This document shows, one piece after another, positions 59,737-64,000 of a stretch of DNA of 64,000 bases (its first letter is position 1; each line of letters starts with the position of its first letter). The translations under genes and the position numbers were made by a program. The notes under the pieces were generated by a model. It searched no databases. It saw only the letters and a program-made list of their open reading frames with translations, and was not told the origin of the DNA. Source of the stretch: Ignavibacteria bacterium (GTDB lineage: Bacteria; Bacteroidota; Ignavibacteria; Tepidaquicellales; OLB5); contig JAIOIK010000036.1 of the NCBI GenBank assembly GCA_019912545.1, positions 5,159 to 69,158 of the forward strand, read 5' to 3'.

Positions 59737-60804
59737 TTATTTGACTCCCCACCGCTTGAGCGAAAAACCGATAATCTGCTGGATCAGATAGCTATATTCC
59801 CAGCCATGTGCCTTTGCGCTTCGGGTAAACCCGGTATCCTCGGGTACGTCGCTTGCAATATCTGGATTCGGATTCATCTCAAGCACATACGGCACGCCGT
59901 CTTTCAATCTCATATCAACTCTTGCATAATCAGCTGCTCCAAGAAGCCTGTAAACTTTTTTGGCAGTATCCTGTATGACTTTTACCTCGGCATCACTTAA
60001 ATTCTGTGCCGGGCAAACTGCCTTTGTATTTTCAAATTCAACCGTCTTGTACATCCATTTGCTGTTATAGCTGATTATCTTGGGATAATCATCCGGCAAT
60101 CCCGTAAAATCTATTTCACTTATGGGGAAAGTGATCGGTTCTTCATTTCCCACAACCGAAACGTTTATTTCCCTGCCTTCGATGTATTCTTCAACAAGCG
60201 CAGGCTGTTTGTGCTCATCAAGCACATATTCAATTCGTTTACGAAGAGCAGCTTCGTTAGTAACTACCGATTCGTTTGTAATGCCTATGCTTGCATCTTC
60301 CCGTGATGGCTTCACTATCATGGGGAACTTATGGCCGTTAAGATGAAAGCTTGATGTACTTGTAACAAAATGTTTCGCAGTCGGTATTCCGTTTTGATTC
60401 AGAATCGATTTCACCAAAGGTTTGTTTAATGCCAGACCCAGTGTAAATGCCCGTGAGCCTGTGTATGGGATCTTAAACAACTCAAATAATCCCGCAATGT
60501 TCATTTCCTGTGTCGGATCGCCGTCAACGCTTTCGCAAAGATTAAAAATAATATCCGGTCTATTTTCGTTCAGTTCCGTGATCAGCTTATTTATATCCAG
60601 CGCAACAGGAATTATCTTTGTATTATGTTCCAGCGGAGCCAAAGCGCGTTCAACGCTTTTTACTTCATCCAGAACGCCATATTCGCTCATATCGATCGCT
60701 TCATCAAGGGAATCAATATCAACATCCGTGCCCTCATAGATCGGTCCCTGCGCATATTGCACCGGGTCATTGAATATAATCGATATGTTAAGTTTTTTAC
60801 TCAT
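59737..60804 (-). CDS. ATP-grasp ligase, D-Ala-D-Ala-ligase-like family (paralog 2)
   Basis: 355 aa with FNLCE..IAGLFELFKIPYTGS, MIVKPSREDASIG, VEEYIEGREINV and LEMNPNPD. It lacks the GEDG motif of bona fide Ddl. Confidence 0.8.
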   Translation of the reverse strand: MSKKLNISIIFNDPVQYAQGPIYEGTDVDIDSLDEAIDMSEYGVLDEVKSVERALAPLEHNTKIIPVALDINKLITELNENRPDIIFNLCESVDGDPTQEMNIAGLFELFKIPYTGSRAFTLGLALNKPLVKSILNQNGIPTAKHFVTSTSSFHLNGHKFPMIVKPSREDASIGITNESVVTNEAALRKRIEYVLDEHKQPALVEEYIEGREINVSVVGNEEPITFPISEIDFTGLPDDYPKIISYNSKWMYKTVEFENTKAVCPAQNLSDAEVKVIQDTAKKVYRLLGAADYARVDMRLKDGVPYVLEMNPNPDIASDVPEDTGFTRSAKAHGWEYSYLIQQIIGFSLKRWGVK

Positions 60805-60845
60805 TTATTATTGCCAGCGAATCTGTATCTGTGTTCCTCTTTTTG

Positions 60846-60886
60846 CGAGGAGCGAAGCGACCTGCCTCCAGCAGGCAGGCGAAGCA
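60846..60886. repeat. CCTGCC-tccagca-GGCAGG hairpin flanked by direct GCGAAGC repeats
   Basis: GCGAAGC occurs at 60852-60858 and 60879-60885, bracketing the hairpin at 60861-60879. Confidence 0.65.
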
Positions 60887-60937
60887 ATTTTATTAATTGA
60901 TCTTCTATTTATTTTTTGCTTTTTTACTTTTGCCTTT

Positions 60938-62020
60938 TTACTTACCCAAACCGTATCTTTCGATTGCCCCGTTCAAAACAGTCTGAATGAGTCCATCATA
61001 ATCAATTCCAACTTCCCTTGCCGCTTTTGGAAAACATGAATTATCATCCGGATTAGGAAGAACTCCCGGCAGCGGGTTTATTTCAATTATATGCGGATTC
61101 TCATTCCTGTCACACCTAACATCCATTCTCGCCCAGTCTTTGATACGCAATGCGTTATAAGCATTCTTACAGATCTCTTCTATTTTCAATCTCAGCTTAT
61201 CACTGATAACTGCCGGACATGTAAATATATCCAGCTTACTTTCTCTTGTATCAAAAAACCATTTGACCTCATATGAGTAAATTTTGGGAAAATCAGCAGG
61301 GAGGCATTCAAGATTTATCTCAACTATCGGTAAAACCCGCAGCTTATCACCATTTCCGATGAGTGCAACGGTAAATTCCCTTCCGTCAAGAAAATCCTCT
61401 ATTATAGAGTGCTGGCTGTAATCCTGTTTAATTCTTGTTATTTCGCGATTTAAGGATTCTTTGTCGTAAACAACGCTACTATTATATATGCCTTTTGATG
61501 AGCCTTCGTGCAAAGGCTTCACAAAAGCGGGATATTTGACCTTTGGGTATCCGTTTACAATGCTATCGGTTATGAAAAAACCCGGATTTGGCACTCCGTA
61601 GTACGAAAGGATCTCCTTACAGCGTGATTTATCATGGCAATTGCCAATTGTTATGGGATCGCTTGCAGTGTAGGGAATATTAAGCATTTCAAGCATTGCG
61701 GGAATGTGTGACTCCCTCGACGCTCCGCCAAAACCTTCGGCCATATTAAAAACTATGTCCGGCTTTTCGGTTCTCAGTCTTTCAAAAGCATTTTCATCAG
61801 CTTCTATTCTGATAACTTCGTGCCCTGCTTTCTTAATTGCGCTTTCAACTGCAGAGATGGTTTCTTCATCATCCCACTCAGCATACTCATCACTAAGACG
61901 GCTGGAATAATTGCTGACCAAATTCTCGTCAACATATTTTTCCTGCTGAACTTTTTTTTCCTGTCCTTCGGAAATCGGCTCAGCTTCTTTTTTTATATTG
62001 TAAGTAAATCCTACGCGCAA
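60938..62020 (-). CDS. ATP-grasp ligase, D-Ala-D-Ala-ligase-like family (paralog 1)
   Basis: 360 aa with FNMAEG..IPAMLEMLNIPYTAS, AFVKPLHEGSSKG, IEDFLDGREFTV and IEINPLPG. Confidence 0.8.
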   Translation of the reverse strand: MRVGFTYNIKKEAEPISEGQEKKVQQEKYVDENLVSNYSSRLSDEYAEWDDEETISAVESAIKKAGHEVIRIEADENAFERLRTEKPDIVFNMAEGFGGASRESHIPAMLEMLNIPYTASDPITIGNCHDKSRCKEILSYYGVPNPGFFITDSIVNGYPKVKYPAFVKPLHEGSSKGIYNSSVVYDKESLNREITRIKQDYSQHSIIEDFLDGREFTVALIGNGDKLRVLPIVEINLECLPADFPKIYSYEVKWFFDTRESKLDIFTCPAVISDKLRLKIEEICKNAYNALRIKDWARMDVRCDRNENPHIIEINPLPGVLPNPDDNSCFPKAAREVGIDYDGLIQTVLNGAIERYGLGK

Positions 62021-62308
62021 AAAAATATTTTGCTTATCTCCTTACTTATTTTTTTATTGAGTGTTAATGAACGTTAAAAATATTTTTAACAGTATTTTAA
62101 CAATCAAAATTCAACTGCAAATATAACATTCTATCACTCATAGTCAATAGGTAAACGCAAAAAAATGAAAAATATTTTTTTAGAAAAATTTTTTCAGGTT
62201 TCACTAAAATATTTTTAAGAAATAAAAATTTTTTTGTTAGACAATTTTATTTTTACCTGCATCCTGAACAGGATGCAATTGCCGCTTGTTCACAATATTT
62301 TTGTGTTG

Positions 62309-62347
62309 CCACGACCTTCCCGCCTGCGTCGGGCAGGTAGGTCGTGG
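62309..62347. repeat. Nested GC hairpin (outer CCACGACCT/AGGTCGTGG, inner CCTGC-gtcgg-GCAGG)
   Basis: Read directly from the sequence, within the 550-bp divergent spacer. Confidence 0.65.
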
Positions 62348-62573
62348 AGAATGAACAAAAGAAAAATGGCTTTAGCCGCAATTCTCATTTGAAACACAGC
62401 TGCAGGTAAATCGTAGCACTGCGGTTATATTGGGTAACCTTCCTGCGCCAAGGGATTACTCTCCTTTAATCACAATCTTGTATGCTATTCTCTTTACAAT
62501 GTGCATCCTCTTTTCAATTGAATCTACCCTCATTTAAAAGTATTTTTGCATCTGTTAATAATTACACTCAATA

Positions 62574-63650
62574 ATGTTCGATAAACTAAAAAAGGTTACT
62601 TCCCGGTATCACGAAATAGCAGATTTGCTTAGCAAACCCGATGCAGTTAACGATCAGAAGGAATACCGCAGGCTTTCAAAGGAATACTCTGACCTAACTG
62701 AGATTGTTAGTAAATACGATGAGTATGGCAAGACTAAGAGCCGCCTGGAAGAAAACAAAAAACTTCTGTATGAAACCAGCGACGTTGAAATGAAGGAGCT
62801 TGCCTCGGCTGAACAGGAAGAGCTCCAGCAGAAGTTTGATAAGCTTGAAGCGGAGATTAAGGAACTTCTGGTTCCCAAAGACCCAAATGATTCCAAGAAC
62901 GCCATACTTGAAATCCGCGCCGGCACAGGAGGCGATGAAGCCGCGCTATTTGCAGCAGATCTATACAGAATGTACTCCCGCTACGCAGAAAAAAAAGGCT
63001 GGAAGATGGAAACTGTTACTTACAACGAGTCATCAGGTTTGGGCGGACTCAAAGAAGTCATCATCAACGTTACCGGAAACGATATTTACGGCGCTTTAAA
63101 ATATGAAAGCGGTGTACACCGCGTGCAGCGCGTACCCGAAACCGAAACACAGGGCAGGGTCCATACATCAGCCGCCTCGGTTGCTGTTTTGCCGGAAGCA
63201 GATGAAGTTGATGTTGAAGTTAATTCCGTTGATCTTAAAATAGATGTGTTCCGCTCGGGAGGCGCAGGCGGGCAGAATGTAAACAAAGTTGAAACTGCTA
63301 TCAGGATAACACATATTCCAACCGGAGTTGTTGTTCAGTGCCAGGATGAACGCTCACAGCTTAAGAATAAGCAAAAAGCTATGAAAGTACTCCGCTCCAG
63401 ACTGCTTGAAGCAGAAATTGAAAAGCAAAATCAGCTTGTATCGCAAAAGCGCAAACTGATGGTGGGCTCAGGTGATAGAAGCGATAAGATCAGAACATAC
63501 AACTTCCCGCAGAACCGGCTGACCGATCACCGTATAGGACTCACAATGTATAACCTTTCGCTGATTATGGAAGGCGATCTTGACGAACTCTTCGAAAAAC
63601 TTAAAATAGCTGATAGAGCCGAAAAGCTTTCCGAAGAAACCCATGCTTAA
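62574..63650 (+). CDS. prfA: Peptide chain release factor 1
   Basis: 358 aa with SGGAGGQNVNKVETA (the GGQ motif) and a QRVPETETQGRVHTS (PxT-type) tripeptide region. Confidence 0.95.
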   Translation: MFDKLKKVTSRYHEIADLLSKPDAVNDQKEYRRLSKEYSDLTEIVSKYDEYGKTKSRLEENKKLLYETSDVEMKELASAEQEELQQKFDKLEAEIKELLVPKDPNDSKNAILEIRAGTGGDEAALFAADLYRMYSRYAEKKGWKMETVTYNESSGLGGLKEVIINVTGNDIYGALKYESGVHRVQRVPETETQGRVHTSAASVAVLPEADEVDVEVNSVDLKIDVFRSGGAGGQNVNKVETAIRITHIPTGVVVQCQDERSQLKNKQKAMKVLRSRLLEAEIEKQNQLVSQKRKLMVGSGDRSDKIRTYNFPQNRLTDHRIGLTMYNLSLIMEGDLDELFEKLKIADRAEKLSEETHA

Positions 63651-64000
63651 GCCCGTTGCTCAAAAATATAATAATATTGATAAAGCCATAACTCATTGGA
63701 TGTCAGAGTATGGCATCCGGATCTTACGAATCAGCCTGGGTATTGTTTTTCTGTGGTTTGGTTTCCTTAAATTTTTCCCGGGTTCAAGTCCGGCAGAGAA
63801 ACTTGCTACTAATACTATTACAATTCTGACGTTTGGATTAGTAAAACCATCTGTTTCTATTTATTTGCTTGCAACTATGGAAACTTTGATTGGGCTTGGG
63901 CTTATATTCCGCATATTTCTGCGTGCAACTTTGTTTATCTTATTTTTCCAGATGCTCGGTACAATTACTCCACTGTTCCTTTTTCCGGGCGATACCTTTA
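63643..64000 (+). CDS. Integral membrane protein, 5' fragment running off the window (DUF417/DoxX-like guess)
   Basis: The ATG overlaps the prfA stop region. The frame is open to the window end and encodes hydrophobic helices (ILRISLGIVFLWFGFLKF..., LIGLGLIF...). It is absent from the ORF track because no stop is reached. Confidence 0.55.
   Translation, partial: MLKPVAQKYNNIDKAITHWMSEYGIRILRISLGIVFLWFGFLKFFPGSSPAEKLATNTITILTFGLVKPSVSIYLLATMETLIGLGLIFRIFLRATLFILFFQMLGTITPLFLFPGDTF

Noticed and set aside
60625-61039. Two ~90-aa plus-strand ORFs crossing the ATP-grasp/ATP-grasp spacer
   Set aside because: They run antisense to both ligase genes and straight through the hairpin repeat, so they are not credible coding sequence.

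Overview
This is a low-GC bacterial chromosomal window. The many secreted proteins ending in the 'NYPNPFNP...GxYFYR...KKMxLxK' type IX secretion (T9SS) C-terminal sorting domain, plus the gene order, suggest an FCB-group organism, perhaps Ignavibacteria-like; that assignment is inference only. Most of the window is housekeeping: purM' - asd - lat-like aminotransferase; ffh - rpsP - KH protein - trmD - rplS; dNK - small protein - tetraheme cytochrome c; murI; pyrE; ppiD-like; S8 protease; birA. It also holds the tRNA(Tyr,Thr,Gly) - rpmG - tRNA-Trp - secE - nusG - rplKAJL - rpoBC block, then folC, an ECF sigma/anti-sigma module, SLT, PAP2, GT9, M19 dipeptidase, dnaG and prfA. The accessory content falls into seven groups. 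(1) A four-gene minus-strand cassette at 57.9-62.0 kb (two Ddl-like ATP-grasp ligases, a GNAT and a KamA-family lysine 2,3-aminomutase) is my best candidate for an undescribed beta-lysine-derived small-molecule pathway. (2) An AT-rich island at 4.56-6.78 kb carries an orphan PD-(D/E)xK-like nuclease gene, a coupled 64-aa ORF, a possible restriction-enzyme C-terminal remnant and about 700 bp with no ORF. (3) Two T9SS cargo clusters sit at 15.9-21.1 kb and 49.9-57.7 kb. They include a roughly 1540-codon reading frame interrupted by a single in-frame TAG, and cargo genes that share near-identical DNA tracts. (4) The tRNA/str-locus junction is disturbed, with a tRNA-Gly 5' fragment and a frameshifted GIY-YIG gene, and tuf is absent from its usual place. 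(5) A family of GC-rich, sometimes nested, hairpin repeats (CCTGCC..GGCAGG and TGTCCGCCYACTGGCG cores) occupies AT-rich intergenic DNA. (6) No CRISPR array, rRNA gene or intact transposase was seen. (7) All function calls come from reading motifs by eye; no database search was run.
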